A stretch of DNA of 64,000 nt from Ilumatobacteraceae bacterium. GTDB lineage: Bacteria > Actinomycetota > Acidimicrobiia > Acidimicrobiales > Iamiaceae. Each line of letters begins with the position of its first letter. Positions within the stretch are counted from its first letter, which is position 1. The translations under genes were made by a program, and so were the position numbers. Shown here piece after piece: positions 17,553 through 26,389 of this stretch. The stretch covers positions 114 to 64,113 of the forward strand of contig JAOBWH010000171.1 of assembly GCA_025463265.1 (NCBI GenBank), in the 5' to 3' direction. A model generated the notes under the pieces. That model saw nothing but the letters and a program-made list of their open reading frames with translations, was not told the DNA's origin and did no database searches.

Positions 17553-18353
17553 ATGGAGGCCATGGCACCCGACGCACCCGCCCCGCAGCACGTGCCGACC
17601 CCCCTGCGCACGCCCAAGCTGGGACCGTCCCTCGGACGCAGCCGACGGCTGGGGGCGCGGTCCCACCACCTCGAGGAGCACGCCGGCGGACGGTCCGCCT
17701 GGCTTCGCGCCGGTGTCCTGGGCGCGAACGACGGCCTGCTCTCGACCGCCAGCCTCCTGGTGGGCGTGGCGGCGGCCTCGGCGGACCGGTCGATGCTCCT
17801 CGCGACCGGAGCGGCGGCGCTGGTCGCCGGCGCCGGCTCCATGGCCATCGGGGAGTACAGCTCGGTGTCGTCGCAGCGCGACGCCGAGCGGGCGGATCTC
17901 GCCACCGAGGCGGAGGAGCTCCGCTCGACGCCGCGCGCCGAGCTGGCCGAGCTGACCGGGATCTACCAGCGCCGGGGCCTCGCCCCCGACCTGGCGCACG
18001 CCGTGGCCGAGGCGCTGAGCGCCCACGACGCCCTCTCGGCCCACGCCCGCGACGAGCTGGGCATCGACCCCGAGGAGCTGGCCCGACCGCTGGAGGCGTC
18101 GGTGGTGTCCGCCGGCTCGTTCTCGATCGGCTCGCTCATCCCGATCATCGTGGTGCTCGTGGCCGGTGCCACCGTCCGGGTCCCGGCGGTGGTGGTGGCG
18201 GCGCTGGTCGGCCTGGCTGGCCTCGGCGCGGCGGGCGCCCGCCTCGGCGGCGCACCGCTCCTGCGCCCGGCGCTGCGGGTGCTGGTCGGGGGAGCCGTCG
18301 CGATGGCCATCGCGTGGGGCGTGGGCCAGGCGTTCAACGTCTCGGTCGCGTGA
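17553..18353 (+). CDS. VIT1/CCC1-family (Fe/Mn transporter-like) membrane protein
   Basis: The WLRAGVLGANDGLLSTASLLVG motif and C-terminal TMs are typical of the VIT family. Start chosen at ATG 17553 (MEAMAP). Confidence 0.75.
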   Translation: MEAMAPDAPAPQHVPTPLRTPKLGPSLGRSRRLGARSHHLEEHAGGRSAWLRAGVLGANDGLLSTASLLVGVAAASADRSMLLATGAAALVAGAGSMAIGEYSSVSSQRDAERADLATEAEELRSTPRAELAELTGIYQRRGLAPDLAHAVAEALSAHDALSAHARDELGIDPEELARPLEASVVSAGSFSIGSLIPIIVVLVAGATVRVPAVVVAALVGLAGLGAAGARLGGAPLLRPALRVLVGGAVAMAIAWGVGQAFNVSVA

Positions 18354-18377
18354 CGGGTACGGGCCGGGCCCGGTCCC

Positions 18378-18836
18378 TCAGTCGTAGTAGCGGAAGATGA
18401 TCTCGCTCACGCAGGACGGCTTCGGCGCGCCCTCGCACTCGAACGTGAAGGTCATGTACACCTGCGCACCGCCGGGGATGTCCTCGACGTTGGTCAGCTC
18501 GGCGCCGAGGCGCAGCTTGGCGCCCACGGGCACGGGCGAGGGGAAGCGGACCTTGCCGGCGCCGTAGTTCACGCCCATCTTGATGCCGTCGACCCGCATG
18601 ATCTGCGGGGCGAGCACCGGGCCGAGCGACAAGGTGAGGTAGCCGTGGGCGATGGGGCCGCCGAAGGGGCTCTCGGCCTTGGCCCGCTCGGGGTCGACGT
18701 GGATCCACTGGTGATCGCCCGTGGCGTCGGCGAACGTGTTCACCCGCTCCTGGGTGATCTCGAGGTAGTCGGAGTACCCGAGGTGCGTCCCGACGAGCTC
18801 CTTCAAACCGGCAATGCCTTGAATCACGGTGGTCAT
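18378..18836 (-). CDS. MaoC-family dehydratase (hotdog fold)
   Basis: 152 aa with the FADATGDHQWIHVDPERA hydratase motif. Alternative start at 18848. Confidence 0.8.
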   Translation of the reverse strand: MTTVIQGIAGLKELVGTHLGYSDYLEITQERVNTFADATGDHQWIHVDPERAKAESPFGGPIAHGYLTLSLGPVLAPQIMRVDGIKMGVNYGAGKVRFPSPVPVGAKLRLGAELTNVEDIPGGAQVYMTFTFECEGAPKPSCVSEIIFRYYD

Positions 18837-18893
18837 GGCTCCAAGCATGCCCTGACGGCCCGTCAGGCGGCGAGTCCGGGCCAGACTGGACCG

Positions 18894-19688
18894 GTGACCC
18901 ACGGAGCGGAGCCCCTGGCCGGCGTGGTGCTCGCCGCGGGAGCGGGGACCCGGCTGTGGCCGCTGACGCTCGAACGGCCCAAGGCGCTGTGCCCGGTCGG
19001 GAACACCCCCTTGGTCGACCTCGCGCTCGAGCGCCTCCGCCCCCTGGTCGCTGGTGCGGCCGCCCTCGCCGTGAACCTCCACCACGGCGCCGACCTGCTC
19101 GACGCCCACCTGCCCGCCGACGTGCACCGCTCGCACGAGGCGCCCCACGCCCTCGGCACGGCGGGAGCGATCGGGGCCCTGGCGGCCTGGCTCGGTGGCC
19201 GCGACGTGGTCGTCGCCAACGCCGACGCCTGGCTCGACCGCTCGCTCGACCTCGGCGGGTTCGTGGCCGGCTGGGACCGGGAGCGGACCCGGCTGCTGTG
19301 CGTCGACGACCCGGCGCGAGGTGACTTCGGTGCCCTGCGCTACTGCGGTGTCGCCCTGATCCCGGGGGCGGTGGCGGCGGCGATGGCGCCGGTGCCATCG
19401 GGCCTCTACGAGGTCAGCTGGCGGGGGGAACGGGCCGCCGGGCGGCTCGACCTCGTCGCCACCGGTGCTGCGTTCGTCGACTGCGGCACCCCGGCCGACT
19501 ACCTGCGGGCGAACCTGGCGGCGTCGGGCGGCCCGGCGGTGGTGGCCCCCGATGCGGTGGTCGGGCCGGGGTCGCGGGTCGAGCGTGCGGTCGTGTGGCC
19601 CGGTGCCGAGGTCCGGGCGGGCGAGGTCCTGTTCGACGCGATCCGGACGCCGAGCCGAACCGTGCTGGTGCGCCAGACCCGCAGGTAG
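18894..19688 (+). CDS. Sugar-phosphate nucleotidyltransferase family protein
   Basis: N-terminal GVVLAAGAGTRLWPLTLERPKALCPV signature. Start at GTG 18894. Confidence 0.7.
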   Translation: MTHGAEPLAGVVLAAGAGTRLWPLTLERPKALCPVGNTPLVDLALERLRPLVAGAAALAVNLHHGADLLDAHLPADVHRSHEAPHALGTAGAIGALAAWLGGRDVVVANADAWLDRSLDLGGFVAGWDRERTRLLCVDDPARGDFGALRYCGVALIPGAVAAAMAPVPSGLYEVSWRGERAAGRLDLVATGAAFVDCGTPADYLRANLAASGGPAVVAPDAVVGPGSRVERAVVWPGAEVRAGEVLFDAIRTPSRTVLVRQTRR

Positions 19689-19716
19689 CCGCCACGTTGC
19701 GAGGTTGTCCCCTCAC

Positions 19717-19732
19717 GCACCGTCGACGGTGC
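19717..19732. promoter_or_regulatory. Perfect 16-bp palindrome GCACCGTCGACGGTGC upstream of the FG-GAP gene
   Basis: Read directly. Lies 29 nt after the nucleotidyltransferase stop and 59 nt before GTG 19791. Could be an operator or a short terminator hairpin. Confidence 0.25.
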
Positions 19733-19790
19733 CTACGCTGGAGCCGGCGACGGAGATGCCCTCGGTCGCACAGGGGAGCGTGGTGCTGGC

Positions 19791-21965
19791 GTGAGGCGTC
19801 GGGTGGTCGGCAAGCTCGTGCTGGGGGCGGTCGCGGTCCTCCTCGCGGTCCAGGCGGTGCCCGCTCCCATCTCGGCGCAGCGCACCGCCCCCGACCCGGT
19901 CGCGGAGCTGCCGCCCGGGTTCACCGATGGCGAGCCGGTCGGGAGCGCCGACGCCCCGCCGCCGGCGCCGAGCGCAGGTGCGGACGCAGCACCGGGGCGT
20001 CCGCCCGGTTCGCGGGTGACCAACCAGCGGTACTTCGGGCGCGAGCCGTGGCAGGCCGTCCGCGCTTCGGCCTCGGCCACCAGCCGCTCGTGCACGATCA
20101 GCGACGACGGTCTCACGGCGATGGTCGTGGCGCCGGTGTTCAAGGAGTCCTCCGCCGCCGTCTCCCCCTCCACGGCTCCGGCACCGATGACGCTCTCCCG
20201 CTACGACGAGTGGAACGGTACCTACGCCACCACGTCGAACCAGAGCGCCAACTACGGCCTCTACGCCTTCCGCAACCCGGACACCGCCTACAAGCGGGCC
20301 TTCTGGCACCCGGGCATCGGGATCTGGCAGTACGACTCGGCCGGGGTCGGCGCCCCGTTCACGGCGATCGAGCGGATGGACGTGCGGACCACCTCCGCTG
20401 ACGTGGCGAAGGGGTTGGCCGCCCGCTACTGCAACCCGTCGGCGTCGGTGGTCGGCCATGGCCCGCCCTACACGGCGCTCGAGCGGCGGCATGCGGCGTG
20501 GACCCCATGGGGCTACCCGTGCACGTCGTGCGAGCAGGAGTTCCAGGCGATGACCATCGGCACCGTGTTCGCGGCCAACACGACGCTGGTCGACGGCATC
20601 TCGGTCACGGGCGGCGCCGAGCAGCGGACCTGCACGCTCGCTGGCGTCGCCGGCACGGTGGCGTGCTGGTACGTCGATCCGTCGGTCGGCACCATCCAGG
20701 GCGCCACGGGCTGGGCCCGCATCACCCCGCTCGACGGGGGCAGCCCCACCAGCATGCCGACCCCGCTGGCCGCACCCTTCTACGTCGTCGACCGAGGGGC
20801 GACCGAGGAACGCCACTGGCTCCGAGCCGACACGGGGTTCGCCATCGACATCGCCGGCAGCCGGACCATCGGCACCAACGAACGGCCCCGGTCCAACCAG
20901 GCCGGGTCCGGGGTGACGTGGCGGTCCGGCTCGGGCCTGTGCGACCTCACCACCGGTCACGGCGCCTGCCTCCCGCCCGCGCCGGCGGGACTGACGCTCA
21001 CCGAGTCGGTGGTGAACGGGAGCTTCCGCCCGATCGCCCTCGACGCCCAGGGAGACGGCAGGGGCGACGTGCTCTGGTACGCGCCCGGCGCTCCCCGCGA
21101 CTACCTGTGGAGCGGTGGCGGAGCCGGCGCGTTCCGCGCGACGGCGATCGACATCGGCGGCACCTACGACGACGTCCTGCCGTTCGACGCCGACGCCGAC
21201 GGTGACGACGACATCCTCTGGTACAACCGTTCGACCGGCGCCGGGTACCTCTGGGTGGCGACCGGAGCCGGGACCTGGCAGGCCGTGAAGGTGAACCGGC
21301 CGAAGGGGCTCCGCCCCATCGTCATCGACACCGACGGCAACGGCCGCGACGAGGTGTTCTGGTACGGCCCGGGCTCCGCCCCCGACGCCCTCTGGTCGTG
21401 GAACGGGTCGGCGTTCACCAGCCGCCCCCAGGCGGTTGGCGGCTCGTACCGGCCGGTCACGGGCGACTTCGACGGCAACGCGAAGGGCGACCTGCTCTGG
21501 TACGGCCCGGGCTCCGCCGCCGACCACCTCTGGCTGTCCACCGGAGCCGGCGCGCACCGAGACGTGGCGATCTCGATCAGCGGGTCCTACCTCCCGCTCG
21601 TCGGTGACTTCGAGGGCGACGGCAACGACGACGTGCTCTGGTACGGATCGGGGTCCTCGGCCGACCACATCTGGTTCGGTGGTCCGGGCGGCCGGTTCGC
21701 GGCCCAGACCGTGGCCGTCGGCGGCACCTACCAGCCCCGGGTCGCGGACCTCGAGGCCGACGGGCGCGACGACATCATCTGGTACGCCCCTGGGCCACCG
21801 TCGGACGTGTGGTGGCGCTGGAGCACGGGCCGGACCGTCTCGTCGGCGCCGCTGCTCGCCGACGGCTCGCACCAGGCCGTGGTGGGCGGGTTCGGCCGCA
21901 ACGGCGGCGATGGGATCTTCTGGTACGCACCGGGTGCCACGCCCGATGGCGTCTGGTGGCGCTGA
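19791..21965 (+). CDS. Secreted protein: unknown ~400-aa N-terminal domain plus 7 FG-GAP/VCBS-like repeats (beta-propeller)
   Basis: Signal peptide (LLAVQAVPAPISA/Q). Seven repeats of D-x-D/N-G-D-G-x-D-D-hydrophobic-LWY-x-PG-x4-W (for example GDFDGNAKGDLLWYGPGSAADHLW). Confidence 0.8.
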   Translation: MRRRVVGKLVLGAVAVLLAVQAVPAPISAQRTAPDPVAELPPGFTDGEPVGSADAPPPAPSAGADAAPGRPPGSRVTNQRYFGREPWQAVRASASATSRSCTISDDGLTAMVVAPVFKESSAAVSPSTAPAPMTLSRYDEWNGTYATTSNQSANYGLYAFRNPDTAYKRAFWHPGIGIWQYDSAGVGAPFTAIERMDVRTTSADVAKGLAARYCNPSASVVGHGPPYTALERRHAAWTPWGYPCTSCEQEFQAMTIGTVFAANTTLVDGISVTGGAEQRTCTLAGVAGTVACWYVDPSVGTIQGATGWARITPLDGGSPTSMPTPLAAPFYVVDRGATEERHWLRADTGFAIDIAGSRTIGTNERPRSNQAGSGVTWRSGSGLCDLTTGHGACLPPAPAGLTLTESVVNGSFRPIALDAQGDGRGDVLWYAPGAPRDYLWSGGGAGAFRATAIDIGGTYDDVLPFDADADGDDDILWYNRSTGAGYLWVATGAGTWQAVKVNRPKGLRPIVIDTDGNGRDEVFWYGPGSAPDALWSWNGSAFTSRPQAVGGSYRPVTGDFDGNAKGDLLWYGPGSAADHLWLSTGAGAHRDVAISISGSYLPLVGDFEGDGNDDVLWYGSGSSADHIWFGGPGGRFAAQTVAVGGTYQPRVADLEADGRDDIIWYAPGPPSDVWWRWSTGRTVSSAPLLADGSHQAVVGGFGRNGGDGIFWYAPGATPDGVWWR

Positions 21966-23030
21966 TCAGCGTCGGGTGGGGGTGGCGACCGGGGTGGAGC
22001 CCGGCTCGCCGTGCGAGGCGCGCAGCTGTCCGCAGGCCGCATCGATGTCGGTGCCACGGGTCCGACGGATCGTGGCGTTGATCCCGAGGTCGTCGAGGCG
22101 GTCGGCGAACGCCCGGACCCGATCCGGTGGCGTGCCCCGGACCGCGTAGCCGGGCGTCGGGTTGAGCGGGATCAGGTTCACGTGGGCCCGGAGCGGCCGG
22201 GCGTAGTCGGCCAGCTCCCGGGCGTGGCGCTCGGTGTCGTTGACGCCGTCGATGAGCGCCCACTCGAACGAGAGGCGCCGGTGGGTGGCGTCGATGTAGT
22301 CGGCGCACGCCTCCGCCAGCACGTCGAGGGGGTACCGCTTGTTGATCGGGACCAGGACATCGCGCTCGGCGTCGTTCGCCAGGTGGAGCGACACCGCCAG
22401 GTTCACCGGGAGGTCGGCCTGGGCGAGGCGCCGGATGCCGGGCACGACGCCGACCGTCGAGACGGTCAGGTGGCGGGCGCCGAGCCCGAGGTCGTCGTGG
22501 ATGCGGTGGACGGCCTCCCACGTGCGGTCGTAGTTGGCGAACGGCTCGCCCATCCCCATGAACACCACGTTCGAGAGGCGCTTGCCCGCCTCGGCCGAAC
22601 GGCGCCGCGCCAGCACCACCTGCTCCACGATCTCGCCCGTGGTGAGGTGCCGGTCGAACCCGGCCTGGCCGGTGGCGCAGAAGCTGCACGCCATCGCACA
22701 CCCCGCCTGCGACGAGACGCACACCGTGGTGCGGTCGGGGTAGTGCATGAGGACCGTCTCGACCTGGTGGCCGTCGGCGAGGGTCCACAGCCACTTCACG
22801 GTCTCGCCGTCGTCGCTGACCGATTCGGCCGCCGTCGCCAGCGCGGGCTGGAGGTGCTCGGCCACCCGGGCCCGCACCGCTTTGGGCACGTTGCTCCACG
22901 TTTCGGGCTCCGTGCCGTGCTCGTAGAGCCCCTCCCACACCTGGTCGACGCGGTAGCGGGGCTGACCGTCGAGCAGCTCGGCCAGCTCCTCCCTCGTCCA
23001 GTCGTAGCGCGACCGCACCAGCGCGCTCAT
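21966..23030 (-). CDS. rlmN: 23S rRNA/tRNA (adenine-C2)-methyltransferase RlmN (radical SAM)
   Basis: CVSSQAGCAMACSFCATG radical-SAM cluster motif and C-terminal DIDAACGQL. Start at MSALVR (23030). Confidence 0.9.
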   Translation of the reverse strand: MSALVRSRYDWTREELAELLDGQPRYRVDQVWEGLYEHGTEPETWSNVPKAVRARVAEHLQPALATAAESVSDDGETVKWLWTLADGHQVETVLMHYPDRTTVCVSSQAGCAMACSFCATGQAGFDRHLTTGEIVEQVVLARRRSAEAGKRLSNVVFMGMGEPFANYDRTWEAVHRIHDDLGLGARHLTVSTVGVVPGIRRLAQADLPVNLAVSLHLANDAERDVLVPINKRYPLDVLAEACADYIDATHRRLSFEWALIDGVNDTERHARELADYARPLRAHVNLIPLNPTPGYAVRGTPPDRVRAFADRLDDLGINATIRRTRGTDIDAACGQLRASHGEPGSTPVATPTRR

Positions 23031-23815
23031 CGGCTGAAGATCCGGTGCTCGAGGTGGACGGAGAAGCCGAGCCGCTCGTAGAGGCGCAGCGCCGGCTGGT
23101 TGTCGGCTTCGACGTAGAGCATCCCGGTGGTCACACCCGACCAGGCGAGGTGGTCCAGCCCGGCGAGCACCAGGGTCCGGCCGAGCCGCCTGCCGTGGTG
23201 CTCCGGGTCCACCCCGATCACGAAGATCTCGCCCAGGACGGGGTCGGAGCCCGATGCCGGGTGGATGCGGGTCCAGCACGAACCGGCCAGCTCGCCCGGG
23301 CGGTCGGGATCGTCGCTCACGAGGAAGCCGTCGAGGTCGACCCACGGTTCGGCGAGGGTGGCGCGCAGGGACGCCACCGTCTGGGTCCCCTGCGACGGGT
23401 GCGTGGCGAAGGCCCGGTTGTTCTGGCGCACCCAGGCCGCTTCGTCCCGAGACGGGTCGAAGGGCCGCAGCCGGAGCGGCGGCGCCCCGTCGCGCTGGGG
23501 ATCGTCGGCGGGCACGGGGAGCGGCCGGCGCATCTGGAACAGCTTGCGGCGGGGAGCCAGGCCGAGGCGGTCGGCCAGCGCTGCGGGGAGCGGGTGGGGC
23601 GGACCGGTGGGCTGGTCGACCAGCAGCCGGACGTCGACGTCGGTGCGTCCTGCGCCGAGCTCCACGGCCAGCGCCGCGACGGCGTCGACCGTCGCCGGGT
23701 CCGTCGAGTCGAGGTCGCCCCGGAGCCCGAGGTCGATGGCGCCCTCGCTCGCCTCGGCGCGCAGCACGGCACCGGTGCCCGGGACGGCGTGATCGACGGC
23801 GGGGGAGGAGGACAC
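23027..23815 (-). CDS. mshD: Mycothiol synthase (GNAT acetyltransferase) MshD
   Basis: GEIFVIGVDPEHHGRRLGRTLVLAGL and MLYVEADNQPALRLYERLGF are MshD/GNAT-like. At 262 aa it is shorter than I recall mycobacterial MshD to be. 4-nt overlap with rlmN. Confidence 0.75.
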   Translation of the reverse strand: MSSSPAVDHAVPGTGAVLRAEASEGAIDLGLRGDLDSTDPATVDAVAALAVELGAGRTDVDVRLLVDQPTGPPHPLPAALADRLGLAPRRKLFQMRRPLPVPADDPQRDGAPPLRLRPFDPSRDEAAWVRQNNRAFATHPSQGTQTVASLRATLAEPWVDLDGFLVSDDPDRPGELAGSCWTRIHPASGSDPVLGEIFVIGVDPEHHGRRLGRTLVLAGLDHLAWSGVTTGMLYVEADNQPALRLYERLGFSVHLEHRIFSR

Positions 23816-23858
23816 GCTGTGACGCTAGCGAGCGGCCTGGCGGGAACCCGCTGGCGGT

Positions 23859-24542
23859 GTGGGCGGGGGTGCGTATCCTCCGCCCATGGCCCGACCCCGA
23901 ACCGCCGCCGGCCGTGCCCGGCGCACCCACGAGCGCCTCGCCCGGGAGTACCCGGGCACCGCGGCCGACCTGTGCGAGCTCGACCACCGCAACCCCTTCG
24001 AGCTGCTGACCGCCACCATCATGTCCGCCCAGACCACGGACGTGCGGGTGAACATGGTGACGCCCCACCTGTTCGCCCGCTACCCCGATGCCGCCGCGCT
24101 GGCCGCCGCCGACCCGCTCGAGGTCGAGGAGATCATCCGCTCCACCGGCTTCTACCGGAACAAGACCAAGAGCATCATCGGGATGGCGAACGCGCTGAAC
24201 GACCGCTTCGGCGGCGAGGTGCCCACGCGGATGGAGGACTTCGTCACCGTTCCCGGGGTGGGCCGCAAGACCGCGAACGTCGTGCGCTCCGTCGCCCAGG
24301 GCCTGCCCGGCCTGCCCGTGGACACCCACGTCCTGCGGCTGTCGCACCGCCTCGGCATCACCGCGGAGACGGACCCGGTGAAGGTGGAGCGGCAGCTCAA
24401 CACCATGGTCCCCGCGTCCGAGCGCGGCCTGTTCAGCCTCCGGGTCATCCTCCACGGCCGCCGCGTCTGCTTCGCCCGCAAGCCTGCGTGCGAGGCCTGC
24501 GTCCTCGCCGACTTCTGCCCCTCGGCGGGCGCCGTGGGGTGA
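23859..24542 (+). CDS. nth: Endonuclease III
   Basis: HhH-GPD motif (VPGVGRKTANVV) and a C-terminal 4Fe-4S Cys cluster (C..ARKPACEACVLADFC). Confidence 0.9.
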   Translation: MGGGAYPPPMARPRTAAGRARRTHERLAREYPGTAADLCELDHRNPFELLTATIMSAQTTDVRVNMVTPHLFARYPDAAALAAADPLEVEEIIRSTGFYRNKTKSIIGMANALNDRFGGEVPTRMEDFVTVPGVGRKTANVVRSVAQGLPGLPVDTHVLRLSHRLGITAETDPVKVERQLNTMVPASERGLFSLRVILHGRRVCFARKPACEACVLADFCPSAGAVG

Positions 24543-24599
24543 CACCGGCGACCCCGGCGATGCGGGAGACTCGGACAGAACCTGTGTGAGGACGAAACA

Positions 24600-24624
24600 T
24601 CACGAACTCGTGACGGATGTCACG
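24600..24624. promoter_or_regulatory. Overlapping inverted repeats TCACGA-N2-TCGTGA and CGTGAC-N4-GTCACG (three TCACG half-sites)
   Basis: Read directly, in a locally lower-GC intergenic stretch downstream of nth and upstream of the candidate RNA. Confidence 0.3.
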
Positions 24625-24690
24625 GTTAGATCGGGGCATTTGCTCGTGCAAGTGCGTGGCGACGGTCTGGACATGTGTGTAGAGTGACCG

Positions 24691-24786
24691 TGCGACGAGG
24701 TGCCTGCCACCTCCAAGAACGCGACGCCGGGATCCGCCGCCTGGTGTCGCTGCACCGCCGCCCTTCGGGGCGGCGGTGCTGTTTTT
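24691..24786 (+). ncRNA. Candidate ~95-nt small RNA or 5' leader ending in an intrinsic terminator
   Basis: Possible -10 TAGAGT (24680-24685). 5' hairpin gaggtg-cctgc-cacctc (24697-24713). 3' terminator at 24752-24786. No family recognised. Confidence 0.3.
24752..24786 (+). terminator. Rho-independent terminator
   Basis: Perfect 12-bp GC stem gcaccgccgccc / gggcggcggtgc with a ttcg tetraloop, followed by tgttttt. The U-tract exists only on the + strand. Confidence 0.75.
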
Positions 24787-24848
24787 CCCGACCGGTGCGG
24801 CTCTGCTCCGAGGCGTGCTCGTCGGGGCCGCCGCGGCATACTCCTGCC

Positions 24849-25046
24849 ATGGCAACGCTCAGCTCGGCCCAGGTCTCGGCCCTGTCCTCGGGGATCGAGG
24901 ATCTCGCTGGGCGCGTGGCCCAGCTCGCCGTCGACCTCCAGGAGTCCCACGAGGCCGAGGCTGCCGCCGCCCTCTACGAGGTCGAGCGGTCCCTGCTCAT
25001 GGCGAACCGCTCGATGGACCGGGCCCGCCGATCGCTAGGCGGCTGA
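24849..25046 (+). CDS. Small helical hypothetical protein (65 aa)
   Basis: Very high GC3 throughout (coding-like). Predicted amphipathic/coiled. Weak RBS. No family recognised. Confidence 0.55.
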   Translation: MATLSSAQVSALSSGIEDLAGRVAQLAVDLQESHEAEAAAALYEVERSLLMANRSMDRARRSLGG

Positions 25047-25090
25047 TTCGCGGTTCGGAGCGGCCGGGGGCGGCCGGTAGCCTCCGAGCC

Positions 25091-26389
25091 GTGTTGAACC
25101 GACTGGACCTGCGCGGCGCGGGCAACGATCTCCGGGGCAGGCTGCCCCGCCCGGCCCAGGCCGCCGAGGGGCCGGTCGCGGCGGTGAAGGAGATCCTCGC
25201 CGAGGTGCGCGAGCGAGGCGACGATGCGGTCCGCGACCTCACCGAGCGCTTCGACGGGGTCCGGCCGGCGGCGCTGCGGGTGCCGCCGGAGGACATTGCT
25301 GCGGCGCTTGAGGCGCTCGACCCCGAGCTGCGCACCGCCCTGCAGACGGCAGCCGACGGGATCCGGGACTTCCACACCCAGCAGCTGGTCGGCGACCACA
25401 CCTACGAGCGCGACGGCATCGTCGTGGAGGGTCGCAAGGTCCCGGTGGACCGGGCCGGGTGCTACGTCCCCGGCGGTCGGGCCATCTACCCGAGCACCGT
25501 GCTCATGACGGCCATCCCGGCCAAGGTCGCCGGGGTGCCCGAGGTCGTGCTGTGCGTTCCGCCGGACCGCACCGGCAGCGTCCCGGCCGTCACCCTCGCG
25601 GCGGCGGCCATCGCCGGCGTCGACGAGGTCTACGGGGTGGGCGGCGCCCAGGCGGTCGGCGCCATGGCGTACGGCACCGAGTCCGTGCGGCCGGTCGATG
25701 TGATCGTCGGCCCGGGCAATGTCTTCGTGGCCATCGCCAAGCGCGAGGTCGCCGGTCTGGTGGGGGTGCCCTCCTCGTTCCCCGGCCCGTCCGAGGTGGT
25801 GGTCATCGCCGATGCGTCGGTCCCGGCCGATCTCGCTGCGGTCGACGTGATCCTGCAGGCCGAGCACGGCCCGGGCGGCCTGGCCTGGCTCATCAGCTGG
25901 GACGAGGCTGCGCTGGAGCGCATCGTCGCCGAGATCGAAGCGCAGGTCGCGGCGGCTCCCCGCCGGGACGACATCGAATCCACGTTCGCCGAGGGCGGCT
26001 ACGCGGTGCTGGTGGACTCGCCCGAGCAGGCCGTGGCCGTGTCGAACACCATCGCCCCGGAGCACCTGGAGCTCCTCACCGAGGACCCGGCCGCGCTCGT
26101 GGACCTGGTCCGCCACGCCGGCGCGGTGTTCTGCGGCCCGTGGTCGCCGGCGTCGGTGGGCGACTACCTCGCCGGGCCGAGCCACGTGCTGCCCACCGAC
26201 GGCACGGCGCGCTTCGGTTCGGCGCTCACCGTCAGCGACTTCCAGAAGGACGTGCACGTCATCACCCTGAGCCAGGCGGCCTTGGAGCAGGCCGCACCCA
26301 CGGTGGCGGCCATCGCCCGGGCCGAGGGGCTCGCCGCCCACGCCGACTCGGTGCTGCGCCGCGTCGGCCGCCCGGTCGGAGGCGGGTGA
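25091..26389 (+). CDS. hisD: Histidinol dehydrogenase
   Basis: N-terminal VLNRLDLRG and a HisD-like sequence throughout (QAEHGPGG, APEHLEL, GDYLAGPSHVLPT). Confidence 0.9.
   Translation: MLNRLDLRGAGNDLRGRLPRPAQAAEGPVAAVKEILAEVRERGDDAVRDLTERFDGVRPAALRVPPEDIAAALEALDPELRTALQTAADGIRDFHTQQLVGDHTYERDGIVVEGRKVPVDRAGCYVPGGRAIYPSTVLMTAIPAKVAGVPEVVLCVPPDRTGSVPAVTLAAAAIAGVDEVYGVGGAQAVGAMAYGTESVRPVDVIVGPGNVFVAIAKREVAGLVGVPSSFPGPSEVVVIADASVPADLAAVDVILQAEHGPGGLAWLISWDEAALERIVAEIEAQVAAAPRRDDIESTFAEGGYAVLVDSPEQAVAVSNTIAPEHLELLTEDPAALVDLVRHAGAVFCGPWSPASVGDYLAGPSHVLPTDGTARFGSALTVSDFQKDVHVITLSQAALEQAAPTVAAIARAEGLAAHADSVLRRVGRPVGGG

Noticed and set aside
19713-21872. 719-aa minus-strand ORF antisense to the FG-GAP gene
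   Set aside because: Low-complexity product. The + frame shows seven regular, motif-bearing repeats and a signal peptide.
21966-24545. 859-aa minus-strand ORF spanning rlmN, mshD and nth regions
   Set aside because: Only the C-terminal 354 aa (RlmN) are meaningful. The upstream part is R/P-rich read-through overlapping mshD out of frame and nth in antisense.
24600-24624. Inverted repeats as a LexA SOS box downstream of nth
   Set aside because: They do not match the actinobacterial SOS box TCGAAC-N4-GTTCGA. Only the general palindromic character is shared.
24690-24790. Possibility that the leader upstream of hisD is a His-specific T-box riboswitch
   Set aside because: The region is only about 100 nt. 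I could not find a T-box consensus (AANNNGGGTGGTACCGCG-like) or a specifier loop with a His codon. It stays a generic sRNA/attenuator candidate.
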